64,000 nt of DNA, taken from IMG/VR virus record IMGVR_UViG_3300012005_000005, one strand, 5' to 3'. The translations under genes and the position numbers were made by a program. Of this stretch, positions 32,097 to 43,129 are shown in pieces. Every line of letters starts with the position of its first letter. Positions within the stretch are counted from its first letter, which is position 1. Source of the stretch: an uncultured virus (IMG/VR IMGVR_UViG_3300012005_000005) (lineage: Duplodnaviria > Heunggongvirae > Uroviricota > Caudoviricetes). The notes beneath the pieces are model-generated. The model was given only the letters and a program-made list of their open reading frames with translations, ran no database searches and was not told the origin of the DNA.

Positions 32097-32792
32097 TTAA
32101 GTCCCATTATTACCACTGCTTCTTGGTTCACTCGCTATTCTATCTTTTGCGAATTGAAAACCTTCAGTATTTTGGGAATTTCTTACTATTGCTAAAGCAG
32201 TTTGTGAAATTATCTGATCTAATAAATCATCTGAGTATTTTAAATCTACGTCTTCTGATTTTGTTCCATCAAATCTTGTATATCCTGATATATCTAATAT
32301 AGGTGGAAGTTTGTAATAATCTAAGAACACCTTATCAACTGAAAAATCTGATTTATATACCTTTAATTTAAAGTTTGCTAATTTTACAGGAGATTCCTCA
32401 TATTCAAAGGAAGGGGATTCATTAGAGTTTGTCAATATAGTATTGATATTCTTATTTTTAATATCCCAATTAACGATTACCCTATTTTTACATTCCCCCT
32501 TAGAAGCTAAAGAATATGATCGTGAGTACCTAAAATAATCATTAGGAATAGCAAAATCAGAACTATCTTTTAAATCTTCTACTTTTTTCAATTCTACGTC
32601 AGAAATAAGAAACTCATGTAACTCATCCTTTTCGTCAGAATTATTAGAATTTTCTAATCTTGAATTTAACCACTTTCTTGATTCTTCATTAAAAATTAAT
32701 ACAGCATTTGACTTTGGAGCACGAATATTCCCATTAGTGTCATTTAGATTTACTTTTAGTAAAATCTTTTTGTATATTTCTATTGACTTCAT
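32097..32792 (-). CDS. Tail ring/adaptor protein
   Basis: P.DYFRY and YYKLP motifs; second gene after MCP. Confidence 0.6.
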   Translation of the reverse strand: MKSIEIYKKILLKVNLNDTNGNIRAPKSNAVLIFNEESRKWLNSRLENSNNSDEKDELHEFLISDVELKKVEDLKDSSDFAIPNDYFRYSRSYSLASKGECKNRVIVNWDIKNKNINTILTNSNESPSFEYEESPVKLANFKLKVYKSDFSVDKVFLDYYKLPPILDISGYTRFDGTKSEDVDLKYSDDLLDQIISQTALAIVRNSQNTEGFQFAKDRIASEPRSSGNNGT

Positions 32793-32794
32793 TT

Positions 32795-33670
32795 TTAGCT
32801 AACTTCTTCATGTATTGCAATAAATTCGTTTGCGTATTCTGGTGATTTTAAGTTTTCTAATACTTCGGAGATGTCTTTACCTAAGTTTACACCACCTCTA
32901 AAAAACTGACCATCTTTAAACTTAATTTTTTTGCTTTTAATAGCCTTATCTACAGTAATTTTATATTGCAAGTCTTCTACTGAAATGTTTGAAGCTTTAA
33001 TAAAATTAGTTACATTATCAGAATTTGCTACATCATTTATATAGTTTGATAACATTGTGTACAAAGTATCAGGCTTCATTCCTTTTTTATACTTAAATCC
33101 TTCAAGATATTGACCCATTATAATCATCTTGTCATCATTCTGTGACATATCAAGTAATGCTGCTCTTGCCTTATCTTTAAGTTTCTGACTTGAAACATTC
33201 TGTTGTTCAAATCTTTCTTCAGTAAAGCAATAATATTTAGCATTTCTATACTGTGGCATCCCTGATGATTCAAAATTAGGAGCTGCGAGACCATTTGCTA
33301 CTAAAACTCTGTGTTTTATAACATCATAAGGATTTGACATATTTAAAGTCAAATCATCATCTGTTGAAATATTCACAAAGAAAGTTTCCCAAAAATCACT
33401 TGTTCCTGATAAATCTTTGCCTACTAATTTTTCTAACTTTAAACGAAGAGATTTAACTTCTTCTTTTTTAGCAATTTGTGCTGCTTCATCCCTCATGGAA
33501 TTAATTTCAGCGGAGTCTTCATCTATTCCTGTCTGATACCTTAAATCATAGCCTTGAGCAGCTTGGTACATATCCCTACAATGAGGCATTCTACTTTTAC
33601 CATACTTATCAAGTCCTGTAGAAATTGCAAACGAGTCAGGAACCTGTTTTACTTTAATAATTGCGTCCAT
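32795..33670 (-). CDS. Conserved protein following MCP
   Basis: SDFWETF...LNMSNPYD motif; crAss-like synteny. Confidence 0.6.
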   Translation of the reverse strand: MDAIIKVKQVPDSFAISTGLDKYGKSRMPHCRDMYQAAQGYDLRYQTGIDEDSAEINSMRDEAAQIAKKEEVKSLRLKLEKLVGKDLSGTSDFWETFFVNISTDDDLTLNMSNPYDVIKHRVLVANGLAAPNFESSGMPQYRNAKYYCFTEERFEQQNVSSQKLKDKARAALLDMSQNDDKMIIMGQYLEGFKYKKGMKPDTLYTMLSNYINDVANSDNVTNFIKASNISVEDLQYKITVDKAIKSKKIKFKDGQFFRGGVNLGKDISEVLENLKSPEYANEFIAIHEEVS

Positions 33671-33735
33671 AATTGTTGTTGGTTTTAAAAAAATTGAAAG
33701 TTCTTATATTAAATATACTTACAACCAAATTTAAT

Positions 33736-35397
33736 TTATGCTAATTGACCAATAGAAGTAGGACGAGCCTTTTCTATAATCATAGTACGTGTTACGTCCT
33801 TGATCCATACGTTAGCAAATGATTTCATCCAAATCTGCCATCCGTCAAAACTATTTGCTGAATACATACCTTGCATTGAGCTTGGCCCAAATGGAGACTG
33901 AGTACCTTGAATGTAACCCCAATACAACTCACCATAATCTTGTGGTTTAACAAGAACAATATTTGCATTTGAGTTAAAACCATCTTCTACACGATATTTA
34001 ACATTAGCAACACGAGCAGCAGCATTTGAAGTTTTGCTGTCAGTGATGTCCATAATCATGTAAGTGTATGATTCAATTGGATATTCACCAATTAAACCAT
34101 CTTGCTTTCTTAATCCTGAAACACTGTCAAGAGCTGGATTCAATTCCCATTCAAGTAAACCTGCAACAGGTGAAATGAATGAAGTAAATCTGTGACCAAA
34201 TCCAAGATGCATAGCGTCGTTACCGAACAATGCATTTCCTGGAACATCTCCTGTGTTAGTAAGGAATATATTTGTTTGTTTGTATCTTTCTTCTAATTCT
34301 TTAGAAATCTGTATTAAACCTCCTGTTCCTGTTTGAATCTTAGTTCTACGTTGTTCAACTGGAATACCTGATTTACTATAAAGATTAGCAATAGCGTTTT
34401 CAATTAATGTAAGAGTAATCTTATTATATACATATCTGTTACCATTACGCAACTGTTCGTATAAACCTGCTCCCACTCTAATTGCTCTACGGCCTGATCC
34501 TTTAACGAAACCACCTTTACCCCACATCAAATCTTTCTCTGTCATTGTTTCCATTTCAACACGTAACAACATTTCAATTGTTGGTTGCCATCTAATAGAA
34601 TCTTTAATAACATTACCATTAGCATCTTTATTCATATAGAGCATTGCTCCACCCATGTTTTCAAGACGTTGGTTGATAAAAGCTAATTGAGGATTTTTCT
34701 GTTCGTTGATACGAGCCATATCTCCGTAACCTGTACACCAGTGTGTAGCTGAACGGTGTCCACCACCCAACTCCATTTGTAGTTGCATAAAGCCACTACC
34801 TGTTGTTATAGAAGATTTCTGAGTATCATACTCACCATTGATGTTAGATATTTTCATATACTGCACACCTGGCTGTAAGAATTCTTTAGGATAGAAAGTA
34901 CCTTTACGGTCTTTATTTACAATTTCAACTGTATAAATCCACCCATCAGTTTCTTCTACAATTTCATCTTCTGCGATGTATAATTCTATTCCATCACGTA
35001 AATCAGCGATAATACGGTCAGTGTTAGTGAATACATTTTCATTTATCTTAACCTGAAACTTCTGACCATCAAGACCTGGCTTATCCAAATCTATAGTTAA
35101 GTCTTCCACAATAAATGGGAAACTCATTTCATAAGGTACATCATAACGAAAACGTCCTTCTACGTTTGGTATATACATAACGTTGTTTTTCAACTCTGTC
35201 ATGTTTAACAAAGGAGTGTTGATTAAACTTCTTTGATTCCAAAGAGCTAATAATCCTTTATATACTGTGAAGGAATCCTTTTTGTAATTTGCATACAAAG
35301 AGTTTAGGTCAGTAAATTTACTTGGCTCAAACTTACTTTGAGCAACAATTACTGCACCGTTAAGGGAGTTTAAACTTGGTAATGGAAAATCAGCCAT
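33736..35397 (-). CDS. Major capsid protein
   Basis: 553 aa, GAGLYEQL and TGTGG motifs; follows portal and scaffold. Confidence 0.85.
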   Translation of the reverse strand: MADFPLPSLNSLNGAVIVAQSKFEPSKFTDLNSLYANYKKDSFTVYKGLLALWNQRSLINTPLLNMTELKNNVMYIPNVEGRFRYDVPYEMSFPFIVEDLTIDLDKPGLDGQKFQVKINENVFTNTDRIIADLRDGIELYIAEDEIVEETDGWIYTVEIVNKDRKGTFYPKEFLQPGVQYMKISNINGEYDTQKSSITTGSGFMQLQMELGGGHRSATHWCTGYGDMARINEQKNPQLAFINQRLENMGGAMLYMNKDANGNVIKDSIRWQPTIEMLLRVEMETMTEKDLMWGKGGFVKGSGRRAIRVGAGLYEQLRNGNRYVYNKITLTLIENAIANLYSKSGIPVEQRRTKIQTGTGGLIQISKELEERYKQTNIFLTNTGDVPGNALFGNDAMHLGFGHRFTSFISPVAGLLEWELNPALDSVSGLRKQDGLIGEYPIESYTYMIMDITDSKTSNAAARVANVKYRVEDGFNSNANIVLVKPQDYGELYWGYIQGTQSPFGPSSMQGMYSANSFDGWQIWMKSFANVWIKDVTRTMIIEKARPTSIGQLA

Positions 35398-35414
35398 TTT
35401 TCTTTATTTTTATT

Positions 35415-36647
35415 TTATTTGTTCAAAATGCTACTAAAATCCAGATTGGACTTAGTTGTTTTATCGTCATCTTCAAAAGAACCACCCTTTGTTTTATCAA
35501 CAGCAGAGTTACTCTTAATCCAACTCCATTTCTTTTCTACTTTTTTATTGTCTTCCTTAATTTTTACTTTATCATTATAAGCTTGTTTATTCATTACAAA
35601 GCTTACTAAATCTAAATAATCATCAGGATTTTTTTGCATTTCTGCAAACTTTAAGTAAAATTTATTTACTTTAGTCCCGTCAGGGAGGGCAGAATCATAC
35701 TTAAATATTGAATCTACTATTAATTTCCTTTCTTTGTCTGTAAAGTCTTTCCTTTCGGTCAGTTTAGAGTTTATAGTTTGGGCAAATATCTTCTGCTTTT
35801 CTCTGTTCTGTTGTTCTACAGCTTTTTGCTGTAATTGTAAAGTAGCTACTTCTTCTTCAAAGAATTTTTTATACTTTGTATCTACTTCCTGCGCTTCACT
35901 TTCTAACTCATCATTAGAAATTAATGTGTTAATATATTTTTTAGCCTTTTCTAAAGACCAGTCATATACTTCTGTATAGAATTTTTGAATTAAGTCTTTT
36001 TGACCATCTTCTGTATCAATAGGAATTGCTTCTACAACTTTTTGTTCTTTAAATAAGTCTATAACCTCATCAGGATTTCCTCCGTTTTCTATGTATTCTA
36101 AGATAGCTTTTCCGTAATCTCCTGTTTTATCAATTTTTTCTTTATAACCATCTTCTAAAATAGCTTCCTGTTGTTTCAAGGCTAACTCTTCATAACCAGC
36201 CTCATCCAAAGTTGATAAAATTTCTTCACTATTTTCAAAATCTCTCCATTGACCTTTTTCAATAAGAAATCTTGCAGTATTCCTAAGAGTTTCTAAAACT
36301 CCTGATGGAGTTGTATCTACTTTAGTTTCTTCTTTTTTAGAGGGGATCTTTTTTTCTGCTTTTTTAGCTTCCACAGAAAGTTCTTCTTCAGTTTTCTCTA
36401 CTACTTTAGTTTCTTCTTTCTTTTTTTCAGATAAATCCTCTAAATTATCTAAATCTACAAATGGGATGTCATTATGTGTATTCTTAACTGAAAAAACATC
36501 ATCTTGCGCAGAGTTACCTACTTTTACAGCAGGACTTTTTCCAAGAGCTATGTCATTTTCATTAACATTTTTAGTCGTTTCATCTCCAAAAAGAGCGTTT
36601 AATTGCTCTTCAGATATTGTAGAAATGCTTGTTTGTAAATCAGCCAT
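35415..36647 (-). CDS. Putative scaffolding protein
   Basis: Acidic coiled coil with YIENGG motif, between portal and MCP. Confidence 0.7.
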   Translation of the reverse strand: MADLQTSISTISEEQLNALFGDETTKNVNENDIALGKSPAVKVGNSAQDDVFSVKNTHNDIPFVDLDNLEDLSEKKKEETKVVEKTEEELSVEAKKAEKKIPSKKEETKVDTTPSGVLETLRNTARFLIEKGQWRDFENSEEILSTLDEAGYEELALKQQEAILEDGYKEKIDKTGDYGKAILEYIENGGNPDEVIDLFKEQKVVEAIPIDTEDGQKDLIQKFYTEVYDWSLEKAKKYINTLISNDELESEAQEVDTKYKKFFEEEVATLQLQQKAVEQQNREKQKIFAQTINSKLTERKDFTDKERKLIVDSIFKYDSALPDGTKVNKFYLKFAEMQKNPDDYLDLVSFVMNKQAYNDKVKIKEDNKKVEKKWSWIKSNSAVDKTKGGSFEDDDKTTKSNLDFSSILNK

Positions 36648-36672
36648 TTAAATGTTTTTTGGTTTTGTAATG

Positions 36673-36680
36673 CAAACTTA
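36673..36680 (-). promoter_or_regulatory. -7 promoter element
   Basis: TAAGTTTG 25 nt upstream of the scaffold ATG; no clear -33. Confidence 0.5.
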
Positions 36681-36733
36681 AATAATTATTCTCAATTATA
36701 AAAAAAGAGGCAGATTAACAGGCTATTATAGCA

Positions 36734-39418
36734 TTATTTTTTAGCTGTTACATTCTGTCCTTTTAACGCCTTCACAACAGCCAATTTTTTATTCTCTATT
36801 TTTTCATTGCTTGCAAGTCTTTGTTGGTCTAATTTTAATTTTTTAACATTAAACTCTTTGTCAGCAATCATTTTATTTCTTGCCAAGTTATTTTTTTCTT
36901 GCTGCACTTGTACTTTTGAAGTGTCTGATGATGTTTTAGCACTTAGTTTATCGTATTCTAATAAATCAGGAACTTGGTCTGCATTTGTATCTTTTAGATT
37001 ATCAGCTTGTTTAGCAAAAGTCAGTATATAAGCAACATCTTGTCTTCCCTGAATTTGTTTTTCTATATTAGAATCTTCTCTGTTAAGTTCTTCAATCTTA
37101 AGTTCTTTCTCTTGTTCTATTTGCTGTTGTTGTATTTGATACTGCTGTTGTTCTAATGCCGTCTTAGCTTTGTAAGATTCTTCAAGTTGTAACTTGATCT
37201 CAGCAGGAGAATTCATTGTAATAATATTAGCTAAGTCAACTATAGTAGCTCCTGAGGTGTTATTTTCAAGTCCAAGTTGTCTAAGCATTTCGAGTTGTCT
37301 TAACTGTTCTTGGGAATTTGACACGTAGACATGTAAATCAGATAATAATAAATCAGTACCATTTAATTTTATAAATGCCCTTGACATGTCTGATTTAGTA
37401 TAAGATACAGTGATGTCTTTTTCTTTTGATTGTACATACTGAGCTATATCTAAGTCCATTTTTAAGCATCTCCTAATATAATTAGAGAAGTTTGTAAAAT
37501 AAGATTCTGTCTGAGAATATGAAGCTTGTTGTCCTACTTCTACACCTTTAGCAGTAGAAGAGGCAGCTTGTTGTCCAAGTCTATATTCATTAAATCCTAC
37601 TTGTTTCAAAGCAAACTGTTCAAACTCTGCTGCAATTTTAATTCTTGATAACATACGAGCAGACTCATCTAAATCAATCATTTTTGGGTACTGCCCACCA
37701 GCGGCAGCCGCTGAACCTTTTGTATTTTGTGGGGAAGTATCAGCAGGAAACATTCCCAAACTCTTAGCTACTAACATAGCTTTCTCCCAACCTTTTTCCC
37801 CTCCCCAATCTTTTAATGCTGGAAACATATTCACATCCATCACTATAAATCTCCCAACCTCACGCTCCATTATTTGATATAACTGATTCATTGCTACATT
37901 GTGTCCTATTTGGAAAGGCTTCATCATGTCAACTAAAGACATTGATTCTGAGTTTCTTGGGCTAAATCTTCCACCACAAACGGGAAGTTTTGCCTTATAA
38001 GGATTTATATCTCCTTTAAATTGAAACTCTAAAGGTTTAATATCAAAATATATATCATCTGTATTTGAAGTAGCAGACACTCCTCTTCTACTTATTTTCT
38101 TACCTTTCCACACCTCATTAATCCAAGTCCATATAACAGTGAAAGGTTCTTCTCTATCGTCAAAAGAGGAATCTTTTTGTTTAAAATCGGGAGGAATAAT
38201 AATATTCTCATCAACAAGCATTTTAACCATCATTCCTGTTTCTGGATCTGGGTAAATTACTTTTCCTATTTTTTTCTGCGATTTCCAATAAGCTTCTGTA
38301 ACTAAATGATAGCCTCTTGCTGCACTAAATAATGTCCCATTATAAATTCCACTAAGAGTTCCACTATCTAAGAAAGGAATTCCTTGTGATTCTATATTCT
38401 TAAATCCTAAGGTTTGCTGCATTAAAGTGTACTCTTTAGCTCCTTTAAAAGGTTCTAAATATTCTTTATATACATAATCCGTTCCAGTGGCTTCATTCCA
38501 CTTAGTCTTATCTTTACTTAAATCTTCTTGTAAAGAATCTATTTGGCTTTTTGTCATTAAAAAACCATAACGATCTATAACTGCTGGAGTTGTAATATAA
38601 AAAACTCTTCCTGCATAATCCCCATCTTCTGTATATTGTACTTCTGGAGATCTATGAAAAAAAGTATTTATAGGATTCCATGTTTCTTGTTCATATCCGT
38701 TTGAAGTAATATAATAATGTCTAAAGCATCTATCTGCAACAAGCATATCTTCAAATTCTACCTTTTCTTTTTCAGAAAATTTAAATCTTTCTTTATCTAA
38801 TTCTAATTGATGTTGTCCCCATATTTCTGCTGTGTCCATCCAACTCATATCCATATACTTCTGAATCTCAGGAGGAGTGAGAGCTTGTTTTTGTTGCTGT
38901 ATCTGTTGTTGGTACTGTTGTTGTTCTTGAGGAGAATTAAAATCTGTTTTATTAGGATCTAAACCCATTTGAGAGAGTTTAGCATTTATTTCTGCATCTA
39001 TTTTTGCTTGAACATAATTAATAAGCATAGATGTTTTTTGCCTGATATATTCATTAGTAGTTCCTTCATCATTTCCTCTCACTCTAAAATTATCAGGTCT
39101 TTTTTGGTATTCTCCTGACATTGTGTTTATTACCTGAGAGATAATATCATAATGTCGTAGATATGTAGGAATTTCAAATTCTCTGGTTAACTGACCTAAC
39201 ATATCCCCATGAGCTTCTGATTCAAAGTAATGTTTAAATATAAACTTTCCTTTGATCATTTCATAATTCTCTATAAGTTTTATGTTTTCCTGGTATTGTA
39301 TCCTTCCTATTCTTTCGAGAGCATCCATTGTGCTGTGTCTCCATTCCTCATCTTTTTGAGATGATGAAAGCATCTGCGGAGGAAGCATAGCTGCTAATGA
39401 GTTGTTATAATTAAACAT
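36734..39418 (-). CDS. Portal protein
   Basis: 894 aa; LRHYDII...GE..KRP, WINEVWKG and SLVDMMKPFQ motifs; downstream of terminase. Confidence 0.9.
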   Translation of the reverse strand: MFNYNNSLAAMLPPQMLSSSQKDEEWRHSTMDALERIGRIQYQENIKLIENYEMIKGKFIFKHYFESEAHGDMLGQLTREFEIPTYLRHYDIISQVINTMSGEYQKRPDNFRVRGNDEGTTNEYIRQKTSMLINYVQAKIDAEINAKLSQMGLDPNKTDFNSPQEQQQYQQQIQQQKQALTPPEIQKYMDMSWMDTAEIWGQHQLELDKERFKFSEKEKVEFEDMLVADRCFRHYYITSNGYEQETWNPINTFFHRSPEVQYTEDGDYAGRVFYITTPAVIDRYGFLMTKSQIDSLQEDLSKDKTKWNEATGTDYVYKEYLEPFKGAKEYTLMQQTLGFKNIESQGIPFLDSGTLSGIYNGTLFSAARGYHLVTEAYWKSQKKIGKVIYPDPETGMMVKMLVDENIIIPPDFKQKDSSFDDREEPFTVIWTWINEVWKGKKISRRGVSATSNTDDIYFDIKPLEFQFKGDINPYKAKLPVCGGRFSPRNSESMSLVDMMKPFQIGHNVAMNQLYQIMEREVGRFIVMDVNMFPALKDWGGEKGWEKAMLVAKSLGMFPADTSPQNTKGSAAAAGGQYPKMIDLDESARMLSRIKIAAEFEQFALKQVGFNEYRLGQQAASSTAKGVEVGQQASYSQTESYFTNFSNYIRRCLKMDLDIAQYVQSKEKDITVSYTKSDMSRAFIKLNGTDLLLSDLHVYVSNSQEQLRQLEMLRQLGLENNTSGATIVDLANIITMNSPAEIKLQLEESYKAKTALEQQQYQIQQQQIEQEKELKIEELNREDSNIEKQIQGRQDVAYILTFAKQADNLKDTNADQVPDLLEYDKLSAKTSSDTSKVQVQQEKNNLARNKMIADKEFNVKKLKLDQQRLASNEKIENKKLAVVKALKGQNVTAKK

Positions 39419-39423
39419 ATTAG

Positions 39424-39486
39424 CAAATATACTAAAAATTTTGCAGACAGAAAAATCAGAAACAATTATTAATGAAAAACGATTAT
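39424..39486 (-). promoter_or_regulatory. -7 promoter element plus upstream TAAT-N8-ATTA box
   Basis: TATATTTG 39424-31, 5 nt before the portal ATG; box 39467-39486. Confidence 0.6.
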
Positions 39487-39497
39487 TTCTCTATAAA

Positions 39498-41525
39498 TTA
39501 AAAGGGGCTTGACCTCCTGCCTGCAAGAAAAGGAGATTTAACATATGGTTTTTTGAAATCAATTTTTTCTCCAACTTCAGGAATATTTACAACGGGGTTA
39601 TATTTTTGTAAATAAGCATCGTAAGCTAATATATGACCAAAAGCTACAATTCTATCAAAGTTACCACCTTTAGAAAAAGCTAACATTTCTCTGAGTAACA
39701 TTATATCGGGAATTCTAAATACTCCTAATTTAGTAATAGGTTCATTTGTAATTGGATTAGTTCCTATAAGTAGTTTTTCTTTTGTATATTGATATTCTAA
39801 GTTCATATAGTGAGCTTGAACTTTTACTGTTGCTGGTAGTCCCTTTACTCTTCCTGTTACAGAAGTAGTTGGTGAGATTTCCTTTAAAGCATCATAACCA
39901 TCCGCTAACATATGAGCTTTATTACGTTGGTCAAACCAGTTTGTAAAAGTCATATTTGTAGCTTCAAACATATTGACAGCATTATAATAATCCATTAACA
40001 TCTCCACTGTTTCATTCCATGTTTTCATTTCTTCTGGACGAGCAGCATAAGATGCTACAATCATATCCTGAAATGTTCCACCAATAGGGTCATACATTCT
40101 TTTATATATGTATACTACTCCAAGAGAACTTGAGTTTGCTGACTTATTTGTATCATAAGTATCTCCTCCTGCTATATACAATCCAGGCGTGGGATTTTCA
40201 GAGATCCTATCTTCATATATTACTACTGGAGCATCTTTAAATGTATTTTTATTAACAGGGAATTCTGTTATAGGAAGGAGCGGTGTGTTAAAACTTTTTT
40301 TAACTTTCCCATCTACATCAAGATAAAATTTTACATATTGTAATCCTTTTCCATCTGAATATCTTTCCTGTAAATAAATAATTTGTTGTTCTATAGCCTC
40401 TGTAGGAAAGTTATTAACCTCTTCATTTAAGAAGCAGTCTTCTACTGTTAGAGGATAATACATTCTTGCCTTTAATGCAGTTTTTGCATCATTATCTAAT
40501 TTTGCTTGTTCGATTTCGTCAGCTATAACTTTTTTAGCTTTCTCTTCATCAGAAACGTAAAAAGGAAAATCAAACAATTCAGAAGTTTCAGGAAGTAAGA
40601 TACCACTTTTATTTTCTATAAAAGTTCCAAAGGTTGTCTTAACTTTACCCTCCATTCTATAAGTTCCAGGAACGAATAATCCATACTTCTTTTTCCTATT
40701 AGGAATGTCTAAGGCTAAGAAGTTTTGTGATTCAGGATTTTCAAAGAATTTCTGAGCATCTGAATTAGGTAGGAATGATCCTCCGGTTCCAGTCAAGATT
40801 GGAGTACATCTCCATCCAAAAGGAGAAGTAAATCCTGGTTTTGCTGCTGCAAAGGCTTCAAGGAAGTTTGCTTTACCTATTTCATCTATAACAAGAGTTT
40901 TGGGTGTAGTACCTGCTATTGCTTCTGTATTTCTACCTTCATCCAGGTTTCTAATTAAAATGTCAGACCATATATGTCTTTTACCTTTTTTATCTTTAAA
41001 ACCAAGTGTTACTTTCTTTTTAAAGTCGTTTGATATTCTTTCAAATTGAAAGTAAGGATGTAGAGCATTTACTCCTTTTTCTAATGCTGAGGAAAGAAGG
41101 GCAATATCATCAGAATTAGTGCTTGATAATACATTCTCTGACCCCTCATAAATAGTAGCTCCACGAGCTATCCAAGAAGATTCAAAGATTGTTTTTGAAA
41201 ATCTTCGGGTTCCAAATATTAATAATCCTTTCTTTGCTTTTTCCGCTTTCTCTATATGTTCAGCTACAAGCCATTCATTATCTCTAAAATCAGGATGAGA
41301 AAATTTTCTAACAATATCATTGTTAGCTTCATCTAATTCATCAAGATAAATGTGCCAATGATTTAGATGCCAATACAACCAACCATGAATATATACCCCA
41401 TTGATAGTGACTCCATATCTAATCTTCTTTAACTCATTCTCAAAAAAGGGTACATACTCTTCACTATCCTCGTCGGGGATAGATTTTATATTTAAAAATA
41501 ATTCGGGGGAAGTGCTTAGTGACAT
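39498..41525 (-). CDS. terL: Terminase large subunit
   Basis: Walker A-like GTRRFSKT, Walker B VIDEIGK, TGTGG coupling motif, nuclease YIAGGD...GNFDRI. Confidence 0.9.
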   Translation of the reverse strand: MSLSTSPELFLNIKSIPDEDSEEYVPFFENELKKIRYGVTINGVYIHGWLYWHLNHWHIYLDELDEANNDIVRKFSHPDFRDNEWLVAEHIEKAEKAKKGLLIFGTRRFSKTIFESSWIARGATIYEGSENVLSSTNSDDIALLSSALEKGVNALHPYFQFERISNDFKKKVTLGFKDKKGKRHIWSDILIRNLDEGRNTEAIAGTTPKTLVIDEIGKANFLEAFAAAKPGFTSPFGWRCTPILTGTGGSFLPNSDAQKFFENPESQNFLALDIPNRKKKYGLFVPGTYRMEGKVKTTFGTFIENKSGILLPETSELFDFPFYVSDEEKAKKVIADEIEQAKLDNDAKTALKARMYYPLTVEDCFLNEEVNNFPTEAIEQQIIYLQERYSDGKGLQYVKFYLDVDGKVKKSFNTPLLPITEFPVNKNTFKDAPVVIYEDRISENPTPGLYIAGGDTYDTNKSANSSSLGVVYIYKRMYDPIGGTFQDMIVASYAARPEEMKTWNETVEMLMDYYNAVNMFEATNMTFTNWFDQRNKAHMLADGYDALKEISPTTSVTGRVKGLPATVKVQAHYMNLEYQYTKEKLLIGTNPITNEPITKLGVFRIPDIMLLREMLAFSKGGNFDRIVAFGHILAYDAYLQKYNPVVNIPEVGEKIDFKKPYVKSPFLAGRRSSPF

Positions 41526-41527
41526 AG

Positions 41528-41842
41528 TTAAGTTCTCATCATGTGCGGGATTTTTCCTGTTCCACGTACACTGATGTCTTTTTGTTCATTTTTTTCACGT
41601 AAGGTAGAAATTGCTGCAAGGAGTTCTGGCATTTCTTTAATGGTATCTCTCACAGATTTTATCTGTTGTTCTATTGTAGCGGCTACTTTATCCACTATAG
41701 ATTTTCCTGCTTGAAGTTGTACTATTCTATCTTGCATATCGGATATGGGATTAGAATCTACATAATCCTGTAGGCTTTTCCATTGTGCGTCAAGCCATTC
41801 TAATTCTTTTCCTATATATTTATTTGTATTTTTAGTTGCCAT
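41528..41842 (-). CDS. Hypothetical protein (possible terminase small subunit)
   Basis: Helical 104 aa protein immediately upstream of terL. Confidence 0.45.
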   Translation of the reverse strand: MATKNTNKYIGKELEWLDAQWKSLQDYVDSNPISDMQDRIVQLQAGKSIVDKVAATIEQQIKSVRDTIKEMPELLAAISTLREKNEQKDISVRGTGKIPHMMRT

Positions 41843-41844
41843 TA

Positions 41845-42375
41845 CTACTCATTTTTTATAATCTCATTTTCATTAAACAATCTAATAGATCGTATTATAC
41901 CAATATTAGTTAAAGTCACTTTCTCTATAAGAACGCCAAATTTCTTCACTTCGTTTTTCACTTTTCTTGTTATTAAAGTATCTATTTCTATATTTATGCA
42001 GTCTTCCCAAGAAGAAGAAATCATTATATCTTTTATTATTCCTTGTGCAACATCTGAAAGTGCGTCTTTTGCATCATAGACTTCTAATAAAAAAATCTTT
42101 ACATCATATATCTTATATTTAACAATAGCTTTAATAACAATATTTTTCCCATCCTTTGTTACTAAAGACTGAGAAGGTAAGTCTAAGGTAGTTATAACTA
42201 CATGTTGTGCTATTATTTCATCATAAAAAGGTATTTTTAGATAAAATCCTTTTTTAAAACTTTTACTATATTTTCCTCCTCTTAGGCGCACAGCTTCTTC
42301 ATATTCTTTTATTATAAAAAAAGGTTTTATTTCATTTACTAATGAAACCAACCAATCAATTAATTTGTCAAACAT
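41845..42375 (-). CDS. SPFH/Band 7 domain protein
   Basis: IKEYEEAVRLRGGK...GFYLKIPF...QSLVTKDG; start moved to MFDKL. Confidence 0.85.
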   Translation of the reverse strand: MFDKLIDWLVSLVNEIKPFFIIKEYEEAVRLRGGKYSKSFKKGFYLKIPFYDEIIAQHVVITTLDLPSQSLVTKDGKNIVIKAIVKYKIYDVKIFLLEVYDAKDALSDVAQGIIKDIMISSSWEDCINIEIDTLITRKVKNEVKKFGVLIEKVTLTNIGIIRSIRLFNENEIIKNE

Positions 42376-43129
42376 ATTTATACTTCCATTTAAATCCCCC
42401 ACTACTTTTTCTTTTTCCCAAGCAAACTTCAGAAATATGCCTATTATTTATACTAAGTTTCCTGAAAACATCCGTTATAGATGACCACTCTTTGATAAAG
42501 TTTTCTTTTAAATCATACTGTAAAACTTCTTTTTTGTGAGAATCTAATGCCTCTAATCTTTTTTTAGAATGAATATTTCTTCTTTCTTCTAAACTAAAAG
42601 GTTCTAATTGCTTTTTATTTAATTTTATTGTATTTAAACGCTTCCTCTCAGTATCTAAATTAAAAGGCAATATTTTTGTTTTTCCATACAAAGACATTTT
42701 ATTTTTTGTTTCTTTAGATAACTTTCTTCCTTTATTAGACTCACTAATTTTTCTTCTTGTTTCATCAGAATTTATTGTGCCTATTTTATTTAATCTTATC
42801 TTTTCTTTCGTTTCTTCTGAATGTTTTCCTCCTTTTCCTGGCTCTTTTATATTCAAAAGATTATATCCTGCTTCTTTATATTGTCTCCAATAAAATATTT
42901 CATAGTTATCTAATATTTCTTGAGAGATTTCTTTTGGTAATATTTGAACTACTTCAAATATATGATTTTCCCACCTATATTTAAGTAATGAGTAATATAA
43001 TCTTTTCTGTCCCTTGCAATTAAGGTTTTTATAAGCAGACTTTCTCTTAGTTAGATACCATGATTGTCCTATATAAACAGCTCCTGCGGGATTAGTTATT
43101 TTATAAATTGTAGGAGTATTAATATTCAT
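42368..43129 (-). CDS. GIY-YIG homing endonuclease with NUMOD3 and NUMOD1 domains
   Basis: IYKITNP..VYIGQS, HSEETKEKI repeats, VLQYDL..FIKEW. Confidence 0.85.
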   Translation of the reverse strand: MNINTPTIYKITNPAGAVYIGQSWYLTKRKSAYKNLNCKGQKRLYYSLLKYRWENHIFEVVQILPKEISQEILDNYEIFYWRQYKEAGYNLLNIKEPGKGGKHSEETKEKIRLNKIGTINSDETRRKISESNKGRKLSKETKNKMSLYGKTKILPFNLDTERKRLNTIKLNKKQLEPFSLEERRNIHSKKRLEALDSHKKEVLQYDLKENFIKEWSSITDVFRKLSINNRHISEVCLGKRKSSGGFKWKYKYV

